Part shown: in pieces, positions 29,565 through 41,300 of the stretch | Numbering within the stretch: the stretch's first letter is position 1 | Layout of the letters: the number at the start of each line of letters is the position of its first letter | Virus record (IMG/VR): IMGVR_UViG_3300034106_005922 | Location: 6,496-70,495 of that record | Strand: one strand, 5' to 3' | From: a virus | Length of the DNA: 64,000 nt | Notes under the pieces: model-generated | What the model was told of the DNA's origin: nothing | The model's database searches: none | What the model saw: only the letters and a program-made list of their open reading frames with translations | Translations under genes and position numbers: made by a program

Positions 29565-29587
29565 TTACACCATTAAAACAAGTGTAA
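29565..29587. promoter_or_regulatory. Back-to-back GTGTAA late-promoter motifs (TAATTACAC..GTGTAATTA)
   Basis: Inverted pair between divergent genes 28758-29555 and 29609-30151. Confidence 0.7.
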
Positions 29588-29608
29588 TTATTTAAAAGGT
29601 ATAAGGTT

Positions 29609-30151
29609 ATGGCAAGCATATACGATACAGTTTCTGGCTGGTCTAGTACAGTTAACTATATGAAATATAATATAGTTTCTGGATCAGATTCTAGATTTTA
29701 TTACTCTGTTATAAACAATAATATTGGAGCAGCAAATAATCCAACTTCATTACCTAATCTTCAACTTGAATGGGATGGATATATAAATATTAATAGTGTT
29801 TTAGTTCCAAATTTCTTTTGGAAACCATCCTATACTAGTAGTATAAGCACCACTCCAGATATTAATATAATTCAATATGGTAACGGATATCAACAAAGAT
29901 TAAATCAAACTATTAATCCAAATCTAGCAAATTTTGAAGCGCAATTCGATAATAGATTAGAATCTGAAGCGGTCAGTTTATTGCATTTCTTAAATGCAAG
30001 GTCAGCAAAAGAAGCTTTCATATACAATGTTCCCACAATTTATAGTAAAACTAATTTTTCAACAAGATTTATTGCACCAAATTGGTCTGTGAGTTATAAT
30101 TCTTATAATAATTATTCAATAAAAATTAAACTTCAAGAGGTTTCTGCGTAA
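29609..30151 (+). CDS. Lambda gpM-like minor tail / distal tail protein
   Basis: QYGNGYQQRL..FDNR..LLHFL..AFIY; first gene of the tail-tip operon. Confidence 0.75.
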   Translation: MASIYDTVSGWSSTVNYMKYNIVSGSDSRFYYSVINNNIGAANNPTSLPNLQLEWDGYININSVLVPNFFWKPSYTSSISTTPDINIIQYGNGYQQRLNQTINPNLANFEAQFDNRLESEAVSLLHFLNARSAKEAFIYNVPTIYSKTNFSTRFIAPNWSVSYNSYNNYSIKIKLQEVSA

Positions 30152-31980
30152 TGTCAACTCAAAATCAAGTATTTAATCAAATAGTAAGTGGTTATAAATC
30201 TTTAAATGCTGAACTTTCCAAACTAGAGCCAAGTACGCCAATTAATTTTTATGAAATAGATTTAACTGAAATTTATCCAAAAGCAAACTATGCTACAGCT
30301 AATCAACCTATAACAAATGGAATACTTAGAGTATATAATGATTATAATTTATTTAATATCTCCACGAATCAATATGGCATTATAAATTGGCAAGGAAATT
30401 TTTATTATCCATTCCCCATATATGCAGAGGGTTTTGATTTATCATCCTCTTCAACTTTACCAACCCCAACTTTATCTTTTTCTAATTTTTCCCCCGATCT
30501 TTCAAACAATTCTTTTTATAAATACATTAGAATGCAAATCGAATCTTTAGGAGATATTGTAGGCTGTAAATTTACAAGAATTAGAAGTTTTTTAAAATAT
30601 TTAAATTCAAGTAATTTTTCTAATGGAATAAATCCGTATACAGATGATACTTCTATAGTTGAAATAGAATTACCAAGAGATATATATTATATTGATAGAA
30701 AAAACATAGAAACTAGATCGAAATTAGAATTCACTTTAGCTTCTATATTAGATGTGGAAAATATAAATCTTCCAGGAAGAATGATTTTAGGTTCTAGATG
30801 TCCATTTCAATATAGAGGAGAAGGCTGCTTGTACGAATATAATACAAGAAAAACTAATATACATAGTGGAATATATGGACAAGTTACTAATCCAGGAGTT
30901 CAAATACATCTTCCATTAGAAGCTCCACCAGTTGCAACAGATAATGACGAATTATATTTAGGAACAATATTTACTGGTCTAGCAGATCAATTAAGGTTTA
31001 GTGGTATAAGTTATATATCTGTTGGAGCAGGAAATTATGGAAATCTTAATCAATGGAGTTTTACAAATTATACTCTTGGCGGAGCAGGAACAGATTTAGC
31101 AGCAGCTACAATTTTAAGTGATGGGAGCACACTGGTCGTAGGAGCCACATCTCAAGCGTCAATTGGAACAGTGCAATTAATATTAAATACTGGAGTAGAA
31201 ATCACAAGAATTAGAATAGCATCACGTACTACATTTACTAATAATTATCAAGTTCAATATTCTCCACATGCTGGCATTTGGCAGACCGTTAGAAATATAA
31301 GTGGAGAAGATTTGACTTGGGCATTAAATGGTAGCGCATCTGGAACCTATTCATTAGACTTTCCTTCTAGAGGAAATCATACAGGATGGAGAATTATAAC
31401 AACAAACTCTTCTGCTGGAACGCAAATTTCAGAATTAAATTTTAGCGGACAATTTAGAATTGGAGATCAAGGCTTATGGAATACAGGAATAGCTTATCAA
31501 CGAGGAGATTATACTTATTTAGAAAAAGATGGAATAAAATATTATTTCGTATCAATAACTGGACATACTGCAGATGTTTTTAATACTCCACCAAATAGAG
31601 CTTATTGGGGATCAGATAGTTGCAGTAAAACTATTTATGGATGTAATCTAAGATGGTTAAAAAATCCTTATTTTAGACCAGTTTTATGGCCAACTACAAG
31701 AGAAGGATGGGATAGAGACACTTTTATAAGAAAATATCAAATTACTGGAACAGGCAATCCACCTGGCCCCAATGGTGGAGTAGATGCTCCATCAAATATA
31801 AGAAGATTGATAACTCCTCCGTGGTATAAAACTGGAGCTCAAGATGGATGGCCAAGAAGACCAGATGTTCATGATCCTAATAGCCCATATGCTCATGGAA
31901 TACCAAAAGATATTAGTGGCGAATACTTAAATGGATTTTTACCTTTTGGTGGTTTCCCTGGAGTAGAAAAAATATCATGA
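30151..31980 (+). CDS. Lambda gpL-like tail-tip protein with inserted domains
   Basis: FPIYAEGF, LPTPTL, YYIDRK, LPGR..CPFQYRGEGC, DSCSKTIYGC, LPFGGFPG. Confidence 0.85.
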   Translation: MSTQNQVFNQIVSGYKSLNAELSKLEPSTPINFYEIDLTEIYPKANYATANQPITNGILRVYNDYNLFNISTNQYGIINWQGNFYYPFPIYAEGFDLSSSSTLPTPTLSFSNFSPDLSNNSFYKYIRMQIESLGDIVGCKFTRIRSFLKYLNSSNFSNGINPYTDDTSIVEIELPRDIYYIDRKNIETRSKLEFTLASILDVENINLPGRMILGSRCPFQYRGEGCLYEYNTRKTNIHSGIYGQVTNPGVQIHLPLEAPPVATDNDELYLGTIFTGLADQLRFSGISYISVGAGNYGNLNQWSFTNYTLGGAGTDLAAATILSDGSTLVVGATSQASIGTVQLILNTGVEITRIRIASRTTFTNNYQVQYSPHAGIWQTVRNISGEDLTWALNGSASGTYSLDFPSRGNHTGWRIITTNSSAGTQISELNFSGQFRIGDQGLWNTGIAYQRGDYTYLEKDGIKYYFVSITGHTADVFNTPPNRAYWGSDSCSKTIYGCNLRWLKNPYFRPVLWPTTREGWDRDTFIRKYQITGTGNPPGPNGGVDAPSNIRRLITPPWYKTGAQDGWPRRPDVHDPNSPYAHGIPKDISGEYLNGFLPFGGFPGVEKIS

Positions 31981-32711
31981 AATTTAATAAAATTACTAAC
32001 CTTATTAAAAAACATGCTCTGGAAGAATTTCCTAATGAATGCTGTGGATTTATAGTAGAAAAAGACAATATTTTTGATTGTATTAAAAGTAAGAATATTG
32101 CAAAAATACCAACAAGAGACTTCAAGATAAAAATTTCTGACTATTTAGATATAAAAAATAATTATAATATACTCTATATTTATCATAGTCACTGTGATGA
32201 AAAATATAAAGACTTTTCTGGTAAAGATATTTTGGCATCAGATGGAATAGGAATTAATTATTTATTGCATATAGTGAATACAGATATATTCAAAATATAT
32301 GAATCTAATAGTTTTTCTAAAAGATACATTGGAAGAATCTATGAATATAAAAAATATGATTGTATGAGTTTAATTTTAGATTATTTAAAAAATGAATTTA
32401 ATATTTTAATAAATGCAGAACCAATATATAATTTTTTTGAAAATAATGGACACATGAACGCAGATCTAAAAGAAATAGTTGAAAAAATTTTTATTCAATC
32501 AAATAGAATTAAAAAAATCGAAAACTTAAATGATATAAATAAAAATGATATTTTTTTAATGAAAAATCATCTTGACAAAGCTTGTCATTTTTCAATTTAT
32601 ATGGGAGACAATAAAATTTTACATCATACTCCAGATCGCTTCTCTAGAATTGAAGATTACTGTAACTCTTGGAGAAGGAGAACGATCTTAGGTTTAAGGA
32701 TAAGTAATTAA
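31977..32711 (+). CDS. Lambda gpK-like tail assembly protein (JAB/MPN + NlpC/P60)
   Basis: PNECCGF, YHSH, FSGKD; YDC..HFSIY..ILHH. Confidence 0.85.
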   Translation: MKFNKITNLIKKHALEEFPNECCGFIVEKDNIFDCIKSKNIAKIPTRDFKIKISDYLDIKNNYNILYIYHSHCDEKYKDFSGKDILASDGIGINYLLHIVNTDIFKIYESNSFSKRYIGRIYEYKKYDCMSLILDYLKNEFNILINAEPIYNFFENNGHMNADLKEIVEKIFIQSNRIKKIENLNDINKNDIFLMKNHLDKACHFSIYMGDNKILHHTPDRFSRIEDYCNSWRRRTILGLRISN

Positions 32712-32712
32712 T

Positions 32713-33492
32713 ATGGTTAAAGTTACTCTACATGGTAAATTAGGAGAAGATATAGGTTCTGAATGGGATCTAGATATATATAGTGTACAAGAAGCATTTC
32801 GAGCTATAGAAGCAAATACTAAAAAATTAAAAAAATGGATGTTCAATGAAGGATCTCAATATTCTATATGTATATTTATAAATAAAAAACCAATTTCTTT
32901 TAAAGACAAAGATAGCATAAAATCTTCTGAAATTTTTTGTATTTTTGGTAATCAATTAAAATCTATAGATATTATACCAGAAATCGAAGGATCAATTACT
33001 CTTCCTAGTTGGGCTCAACCATATGTTGCTCCAGCTGCAACGATTCTTGGTGGAGCAGCCGCAATAGCAGGAGGGGTTTATTTAGATAATGAATTTTCTC
33101 CCTTTTTAGTAAATGCAGGAATTGCTTTAGTATCAGCAGGAGTTACAAATTTATTAGCAAAACCACCGCCAAATGTTCCATATCAAGCCCAACAAGCCAC
33201 AACAGCTACCCAAGGAGCGATAGGGCAAAATGGAGGCCCACAATCTTATTTATTTAATGGTCCAGTTAATATTGCAGGAGAAGGTGGCCCAGTTCCAGTT
33301 GGATATGGACAATTAATGGTTGGAAGTAATGCAGTTAATGTTTTTTATGAAAATATTTATCTTACAAATAAAAGGAGCGTTTTTACTGATTCCACTGATC
33401 CTAGATTTTTACAAGATACATTTGACGGATATCAGTTTCCATTTAATGAGCAAATGATGCTTATTAGCCAAAAGGCGGGATATAACGTTTAA
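32713..33492 (+). CDS. Lambda gpI-like tail assembly protein
   Basis: VTLHGKLG..EAFRAIEAN..IIPEIEG, hydrophobic helices, SYLFNGPVN..GGPVPVGYG. Confidence 0.85.
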   Translation: MVKVTLHGKLGEDIGSEWDLDIYSVQEAFRAIEANTKKLKKWMFNEGSQYSICIFINKKPISFKDKDSIKSSEIFCIFGNQLKSIDIIPEIEGSITLPSWAQPYVAPAATILGGAAAIAGGVYLDNEFSPFLVNAGIALVSAGVTNLLAKPPPNVPYQAQQATTATQGAIGQNGGPQSYLFNGPVNIAGEGGPVPVGYGQLMVGSNAVNVFYENIYLTNKRSVFTDSTDPRFLQDTFDGYQFPFNEQMMLISQKAGYNV

Positions 33493-33495
33493 TAT

Positions 33496-36400
33496 ATGCC
33501 TGGAAATCCAAATCTTAATAGCGAAGGATACGAAGGAATTGATTATGTCAATAATATGGGCATAATGTGGGGAAATTCTGATATACCTGATACTTTTGCT
33601 GCAAGACATTTTGGTGGTGGACATAATTTAAATTTTAGTGGGACTGATTGGTGGGGAGCAAATAATTTTAATACAACTCTTAGCTATGGATGGAGTGGAA
33701 TAGTAGCTCCAAGATCAATCATAATAGATCTTACTGGTTCTATGTGGAATGGAAGTGGAACATTGAATGCTTGGCCAAATAACAGTTTTTTTACTACAGG
33801 AGCCACGAGAATACATTATGACACCAGAAGAGGAGCTGGCAATCCTGCAGATGAAGTAGGAAGATTTTGGCCAAGTGGAAATGCTTTAAATTATCAAAGA
33901 TTATATCATACTGGCGCGCCTATGTTAAGAACGCTATATACAATACCAGATAAAGTTGGATATAGAGAATTTCAAAATGTAAAACCATCTAATTTAAATG
34001 ATATATCAATTTCAACCTCTCAAAATGTACATATCTTAGATTTAATTTCCGAAGGACCAATAGAAGGTCTTGTTACAGGAATATATAGTTATAATATTAG
34101 TGGAAAATCAGCAGGAGATGTTGGTTATACTTCATATACCTTTAATCCTTACAGCACTCAAAACGCTGGAAGAGTTTCATCAATATTAGATCCAACTTTG
34201 ATTATTCCTCCAGAAGCAAGATCAATATTTTGGAATGATACCCCAGTTGCAACAACTGATGGACTTTTAAATTTTAGATATACAAATTATAAATTTGATT
34301 ATGGTTCTACTAATAATCATACAATTTCTAGACCAAATATCAGTTTATTTGAAGATAGATTTCATTATGATGGATATCAAGTAGATCAAAATAGAGTTCC
34401 AGTACTTTCCGCTCTTACTACGAATGTTAATGAAAGATTATATGGACCATTTTTCTTTAGCGGGGTAGTTTCTGGATTAATACCTCAGAAAAAATATTAT
34501 GTATATAATACAGATTTAGATGCAATAAAAATTACATATAATGTCAATAGTTTATTTTCTACTATTGTGTCTGGAGATTTCGCTGGAACTGTAAATAAAG
34601 ATGAAATTAAAATGGGCGTAAAATTATACAGAGTATTTTCTGATAGAAGAGAGGCTTTAGCTACTACAAAATATATTCAAACTAATCCAGAAAAATGGGC
34701 AAGTGATAGTTTTATTATAAGAGGTAAATTAACTAACCCAGCTTTAATGCATTATACTTTCTGGCTTAGATCTTATGCAGATAATGGATTTTTAGTTGAA
34801 GTTCTTCCAGATCAAATTGGTTGGGCTGTGGAAATACTAAAAATAACAGCAGAACTCTCTCAAGGCTCTAGATCGAATACAACTTTTGTAAATAGTATCA
34901 CAGAAGTATACGCTAATAGATTCACATATCCTAATACTGCTATGATGTATAATGTTTTTAATTCAAAATATTTTGCAGAAATACCAACTAGAAAATATAA
35001 AGTAAGACTTTTAAAAGTTAAAGTTCCAATTAATTATGATCCAATTGGTAAAAATTATAGTGGCGCATGGAATGGGCAATTTAAGTTAGCTTGGACAGAT
35101 AATCCAGCTTGGTGTTTTTATGATATTATTACAAGCAATAGATTTGGTTTAGGAAAATATATAGATCCTACTTTAGTGGATAAATGGTCATTATATGAAA
35201 TATCTCAATATTGCGATCAATTAGTTCCAGATGGTTATGGTGGATTAGAGCCAAGATTTACATGCAATTTATTAATGACAGCCAGAGAAGAAGCTTATAA
35301 AGTATTAAATGATATGGCTTCAATTTTCAATGGATTAGTTTATTATAATGCTGGACAAATATTTGTAAGTCAAGACAGACCAAAAGATGCAATTTATACT
35401 TTTAATACTAGTAATACTGTAAATGGAGAATTTAGATATTCAAATAGTTCAAAAAGAGTTAGAAGATCAGTTGCATTAGTTAGATTTAATGATGAAAATA
35501 ATAATTATTTACCAGCAATAGAATATGTAGAAGATAGAAATAGCGTATTAAAATATGGAATTAGAGAAGTAGAAATCACATCTTTTGGAGGGACAAAAAG
35601 AAGTCAAGCAAAAAGATTAGGTAAATGGTATTTAACTAGTGAAAATTTAGAAACAGAAACTGTAAATTTTGATGTTGGATTAGATGGAAATTTTTTAAGA
35701 CCAGGAGATATAATAAATATTTATGATCAAAATAGAAAAAATAGAGTTTTTGCTGGAAGAACTTTATCATTTAATACTGGCGAAGCAATTTTAGATGTTC
35801 CATTTAATGCTGAAACTTTATTTGCATTTACTGGAGTAGTAAATCCAATTTCAATTAATTTTTTAACGCCAACGTATAATTTAAATTATGGTACATATTT
35901 AGGTAATCTTTACATAACTGGATTTCCTGATCAAGTGACTTCTAGTGGTATTTCTGGAATTAACTCTGATTCATTAAGAAGATCTCAAATTCAACAATTA
36001 ACAATATCAGATCCTAAAAATTATGCTTCGCAAGGAACAGGAAATTATACTGGATTTTTAAAAATTAATTTTCCTTCTGGATTAGATGGTGTTAATTATA
36101 TATTACCTCAAAATACTGTTTGGACAATAGATTTCAATGCAGCCTTATATAGCGGATCTAATCTCGGATTAAATAATAGATATAATATAAATAATCCACA
36201 AAATTTACTTTATCCTGGTTGGTATCTAGAAGGCTATCTAAATGATTTAAAAGCGTACAGAGTAGTTGATATAAAACATCGAGAAGAATCTATTTATTCG
36301 ATTACGGCATTAGAATATACTCCACAAAAATATACTGATATTGTTACTGGAGAATCTTTAATATCTGTTCCTACAAAAATACCAGCCCCATTATCACCAT

Positions 36401-36855
36401 CATTATCGCTTTCAATTTTATATAGAGATCCTACTAATGCTTATGGGACAGGGGGTAATCCGCCAGCTTACACAATAAATAAAACTGGAATTAATTCAAT
36501 TGCCTACGCAATAACCCCACCTTCTAATTCTGGAGTAGTTTCATATTATAATATATATAGAAAAACTGATGGCAATTTTACAACCCCTATTCAAGTTCAA
36601 GATTTATTTGATGTGCAAAATTATAATTTAAAAAACCAAAATCTTGTTTTACCGACGAATACATCCAGTGGAAATGTACCTCCATTCTTTACTCCTACTG
36701 GAATTGGTACATGGTACGTAGGATTAGAAGCAGTAAATGCTTATGGAGAAAAATCTCCATTTGTTAGCGGTAGTATAACTCTCAGTAATCAAGCTCCATT
36801 GGCTACAGTACTAGCTTCTGGATTTAATATAGTTGGAGGAATTAATAATTTATAA
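33496..36855 (+). CDS. Lambda gpJ-like tail-tip/central fibre hub
   Basis: DLISEGPIEGL, YPNTA, WTDNPAWCFYD, QYCD..PRFTCN, QAKRLGKW, LRPGDII. Confidence 0.9.
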   Translation: MPGNPNLNSEGYEGIDYVNNMGIMWGNSDIPDTFAARHFGGGHNLNFSGTDWWGANNFNTTLSYGWSGIVAPRSIIIDLTGSMWNGSGTLNAWPNNSFFTTGATRIHYDTRRGAGNPADEVGRFWPSGNALNYQRLYHTGAPMLRTLYTIPDKVGYREFQNVKPSNLNDISISTSQNVHILDLISEGPIEGLVTGIYSYNISGKSAGDVGYTSYTFNPYSTQNAGRVSSILDPTLIIPPEARSIFWNDTPVATTDGLLNFRYTNYKFDYGSTNNHTISRPNISLFEDRFHYDGYQVDQNRVPVLSALTTNVNERLYGPFFFSGVVSGLIPQKKYYVYNTDLDAIKITYNVNSLFSTIVSGDFAGTVNKDEIKMGVKLYRVFSDRREALATTKYIQTNPEKWASDSFIIRGKLTNPALMHYTFWLRSYADNGFLVEVLPDQIGWAVEILKITAELSQGSRSNTTFVNSITEVYANRFTYPNTAMMYNVFNSKYFAEIPTRKYKVRLLKVKVPINYDPIGKNYSGAWNGQFKLAWTDNPAWCFYDIITSNRFGLGKYIDPTLVDKWSLYEISQYCDQLVPDGYGGLEPRFTCNLLMTAREEAYKVLNDMASIFNGLVYYNAGQIFVSQDRPKDAIYTFNTSNTVNGEFRYSNSSKRVRRSVALVRFNDENNNYLPAIEYVEDRNSVLKYGIREVEITSFGGTKRSQAKRLGKWYLTSENLETETVNFDVGLDGNFLRPGDIINIYDQNRKNRVFAGRTLSFNTGEAILDVPFNAETLFAFTGVVNPISINFLTPTYNLNYGTYLGNLYITGFPDQVTSSGISGINSDSLRRSQIQQLTISDPKNYASQGTGNYTGFLKINFPSGLDGVNYILPQNTVWTIDFNAALYSGSNLGLNNRYNINNPQNLLYPGWYLEGYLNDLKAYRVVDIKHREESIYSITALEYTPQKYTDIVTGESLISVPTKIPAPLSPSLSLSILYRDPTNAYGTGGNPPAYTINKTGINSIAYAITPPSNSGVVSYYNIYRKTDGNFTTPIQVQDLFDVQNYNLKNQNLVLPTNTSSGNVPPFFTPTGIGTWYVGLEAVNAYGEKSPFVSGSITLSNQAPLATVLASGFNIVGGINNL

Positions 36856-36857
36856 TT

Positions 36858-38339
36858 ATGAATAATATATTCGCCAAAGATGTAGAAATTAAATGGAATA
36901 TATATCCAAATATTCCAGCCTATATAAAAGATTTTGATTTTTTTGATTTATTGTCTTTTAATGTTTCTATATATAATAAAGATAATGAATTATTAAATAC
37001 AAAAAATCAAATTTTATCATCAACTAGAGAATTTATTATAGATGGAGATAGTCTTAATGAATATTTTGATGGTAGTAGACCAGTACTTTATGAATATGCA
37101 GCTGGAAATACTCGTGGTCTTTTTCATTTAGCAGAAGTTAAAAAAATATTGCCTCAAAATTTTATATATTCTTTAGAGGAAAATTATAATGATTTTGTTA
37201 AAACTAAAAATAAAAAAGGATTTTTTAAAAACCTTTCTTTTAGCATAAAATACGATAATTTTGATATTGATCAAAAAATAGATATGCAATATAGTGATTT
37301 TAAAATAAATAATTTTAATTCGATATTTTTAAATATATATAAAAATTCAGACGATTTATCTTTAAAATTTAAAATAAATAAAAAAGAATATTTTGATTCC
37401 ACCTTAAATGGATTATATGTTATTCCTTACGATATAAAAACTAATCAAAAACTAAAATCAATATATATAAATAATATATATGCTAAATGGTTAGATACTT
37501 CAGAAGAAATTAAAATATTAAGCCTTCCATTTAATGATAATTCAATCACAGAAAGTAGTTTTTTAAAATTAAAAATATTTTATTTCAATGAATCTCAAGG
37601 GCAAATTCTAGATTTCTTTAGAGAAAAAATGAATGAAACTGAATTTGAGGATTTTTTAACCGAATATTTTACAGATCAATATTATAGTGCAGATATGGTA
37701 TATAAAGAAAATCTAATAAATCAAACTATAGCTTATTTTCAAGCACCACTTTATTTATTTAATCAAAATAGTTTATCTACTATTTCTTGGCCTAATGAAG
37801 AAATTAATATATTTGGATGTTATTTTAAGAATTATTTTCCTAAATCTAACAAAGATTTAAGTAATTTTACTTTTTCTTTAGGTAAATTAATTAATGTCAT
37901 AGATTCTACTGCAAATGATTATAGGAGTTCTGAAAATATACCTCCGAATTTATTAGGATTTTTTATAAAAAATGATAACAATGATCTTCAATATAAAGAT
38001 ATAAATTATGATCTTCCATATTTTAAATTTTCTAATATAAGAAATGCTTCAATCATAAAAATTGAAAAAGAAAATTCTATTACTAAAATTTATTTAGAGT
38101 TTATAACATTATTTCCAGACTATAATTCAATATATCTAGAAAATATAAGTCAAAATCTTTTCTTCTTACAAAAATACTATAAATCAATAAATGACACAAA
38201 TTATGCTACATTTTTATTTTGTTATGAATACGATAATAATACAACTGCACAATACTTATCAAACAATTTAGAAGACGAAAATAGAATCATACAAGATTCT
38301 AAATTGATTAATTTTAGTCTTAAATTACTTCCTCAATAA
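36858..38339 (+). CDS. Hypothetical protein
   Basis: 493-aa very AT-rich ORF after gpJ; overlaps the TMP 3' end convergently. Confidence 0.6.
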   Translation: MNNIFAKDVEIKWNIYPNIPAYIKDFDFFDLLSFNVSIYNKDNELLNTKNQILSSTREFIIDGDSLNEYFDGSRPVLYEYAAGNTRGLFHLAEVKKILPQNFIYSLEENYNDFVKTKNKKGFFKNLSFSIKYDNFDIDQKIDMQYSDFKINNFNSIFLNIYKNSDDLSLKFKINKKEYFDSTLNGLYVIPYDIKTNQKLKSIYINNIYAKWLDTSEEIKILSLPFNDNSITESSFLKLKIFYFNESQGQILDFFREKMNETEFEDFLTEYFTDQYYSADMVYKENLINQTIAYFQAPLYLFNQNSLSTISWPNEEINIFGCYFKNYFPKSNKDLSNFTFSLGKLINVIDSTANDYRSSENIPPNLLGFFIKNDNNDLQYKDINYDLPYFKFSNIRNASIIKIEKENSITKIYLEFITLFPDYNSIYLENISQNLFFLQKYYKSINDTNYATFLFCYEYDNNTTAQYLSNNLEDENRIIQDSKLINFSLKLLPQ

Positions 38340-41300
38340 TCCACCTGGACGCTGCTGTTCTGTTATAACTCTTACTACTTCGTTTCTTATTTTATTTGAT
38401 AATTCTTTTGCTTGAATGGCGCTATCAGAAGTTGTTTCATTACTAGGATTCATAAATGAATCTGAGGAACCATTATTTCCCATATTTACTGAAATCGATA
38501 TATTATTATTTATAGATGGATCTGCTTTAGTGGTAGGATTTTGATCTAAATTTTCATTACCATTAGATACATATCCACCATCAGCAAATTTTCTTATTCT
38601 ACCATTATTTAATTTTTCAAAGAAATTTTTACCATAAGTATTAACTGCGTCTTTTCTCATTACATATTCGCCGCCCATAAGCATTGCTGGAATATCATCT
38701 TTTCCAGATGGTCCACCTTTAGCAAAATGTATAAAACCTCCATCTTTTACATATGTAGCGTATTTATATGGATCGAAATCTCCAGCTTTAGTTTCTTTGG
38801 TTGGTATTGCTCTTTTTACTTGTTTTGAACCAAATAAATCATAAGCAGCGTTTCGAATTGCTGGCGCACCATACTTATTAAAAGCTCCTGCGCCAAGAGA
38901 TCCAGCTGCACTCAATGCACCTCCGATTAGAGTATTTTGTTGTTGTTTATTAAAATTATCTCTATTTTGTTTGTTTAATTGATCAACTCTAGCTCTTTCT
39001 CTATTATTTGCGTCTATTGTATCAAATATGGCTTTTTTATTACTATCATATAAAGCTAAACCTTCTGCAAGATAACTAATTAAAGCTTCTCTTTTTTCTA
39101 TAGCATTTCTATTTTGAGGATCATTTTCATTTAAAATTGCATAGCTAGATAATAATGGATCAAGTACATATTCTCCAGCGCTTGGGAATAAAGGATTATC
39201 ATATTTATAAGTACCAGCCAATTCAGCTCTAAATCCACCAATTGTACTTACTAAGTCAGAATAAGCACTAGTAATATTTAGATCTTGATATTCTTGTATT
39301 GCATTTAATGCGCTCTCTAGTTTATTTTTTGTATTTAAATCAATAACTCTTCCGTCTCCTTGTTTATTTGAATCTCTTAGCATTTGAGCAATAATTTGTT
39401 CCTGTTTGCTTAATTTTGTTTCGTCTATGGCTGGAACATCTAACTGTTGAGAAATATTTTTAGTTGTTTTACTTTCGCTTAAATCAAATGCTCGTCCTCC
39501 GCCGCCCCCATATGCAATCACATCGCCACCATCTGCCATACCAACGCTTCCTCCGCTATTTAATGAATGCAAAAAGTTTTCTCCATATTTTCTAACAGAA
39601 GATTTTTTAATAACATATTCTCCATTACTTAACATAGCTGGAACATCATCTTTTGTACCAGATCCGCCTAATACTTTTCCTCCATTAGAAAATTTTTGTA
39701 TTCTATTTCCATTTACATATCCACCTCCAGCTCCACCTAAAGGATTTTTAAATATACTAGGTAAACCACCAATACTACTAAATAATGAATTAGTTACAGC
39801 ATTTGTAGTCATTTCTAAAGATAATTGTTGAATTCTTCTACTTATATTTAAAGCCATGCTTTGGAAAGCGTCTCCTACATTTTGAGTTCCATCAATAATA
39901 GATTGAAATGCTTCATTAAATTGAGATTTCATTGTTCTGGCTGTATCAGAAGCGATATTATTTAAATCTCTAAATGCATCTTGAGTTCCATATGTCATTT
40001 CGTCGCTAAATGAACCAAATATATCAGTAACGCTTCCTTGTCCACTTCTTATTTTATCTTGCCTTGATTTATCCATTATTTGTTTATACTCGTCTGCAAA
40101 TATTGTCCCTTCTTGGAATCCAGCTATAGCTCTTAAGCGATCAGCTGCCGCAGAAGTTGCTAAACTCAATTTAACTATATTATCTCCAAGTTCTTTTTTA
40201 AGTTGAGCTTCTTTTTCTGTATAAATATTCAATACTTCAGTTCTAGTAGCAGCATCACCAATTGATGATCCTAATTCTACTAAATTTTTAGTTGTCATAC
40301 TAGCTTCCATGCTAGTTTGTTGAATTGCAATTTGTAATTCTGCTAAAGTTCTGTCAGTTAAAATTCCATCTTCCGCAATCTCTTGCGCACCTTTTTTATA
40401 AACTTCTCCAAATTTTCTTTCTAATTCAAGTCTTTTTCTTGAATCTGCTGTGCCTCCTAAAATTCCTTGCATTGCAGCTGTATTAGTGCCTCCAAGAACA
40501 TTTTCTGGTAAAAATCGCGCGCCTTCATTTGTTTTTAAAAATTCTTTAAGTACATTACCAAAATCACCTTGTTGAATAAATTTTGCGGCTTGTTGTCTTT
40601 GAGCAGCGTCTTCCGAAAACAATTTCATTGTTTGCGTGGTTAAATTAATATAATTTAATTGTGCATCTACTACTTTTTTAAATGTTTGATCTACTATTTC
40701 AGATGTTTTTCTTAAATTACCAAAACTTTCTTGTAAAGCCTTCGCTTTTTCTTCTAAAGATTTATCGCTATCTAATATAGCTTGTATTGAATTGGCTAAT
40801 TCTAAACTTTTATCTTTTTGTAATTTTCCAGAATCGCCTAATTGAAGCACAAAGGTCTTTAATGCCTTTCCAGACTCTATAACTGATACTTGGAAGTCTT
40901 TCTCGTAAAGAAGTCGCTCTTGCTGCATTTGATAAGCTCTTTGTTGTCTTTCTTCTGGATTTAATTCGTATATATTTTTTGGTGGATTATTTGGATCATA
41001 TGGATAAGGAGTTGTTCCAAATCCAGCTGGAGCTTCTCCAGCATTTCTTACGCTCGTTGTGTCAAATCCAAATAAATCATTTTTTGCGAATTCATCAATA
41101 CTCATTGTAGCTTTATCTGCTGCAATTGATGCTTCTGCTATAGATTTTGCTACTTGATCATTTATTCCATAATATTTTTCTGAAGCGACAGATAATGTAT
41201 CAAATGATTTTAATAAACCGTCTTGTTGAGATATTAAATCTCCAATATATTCTCCATTTGTTGTTTTTATTGATCCTAATTGTTTTAATGTCTCGGTTAA

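Noticed and set aside
23989-36473. TTACAC copies at 23989 and 36468
   Set aside because: Inside coding regions, antisense and not near a start codon; treated as background for the GTGTAA motif.
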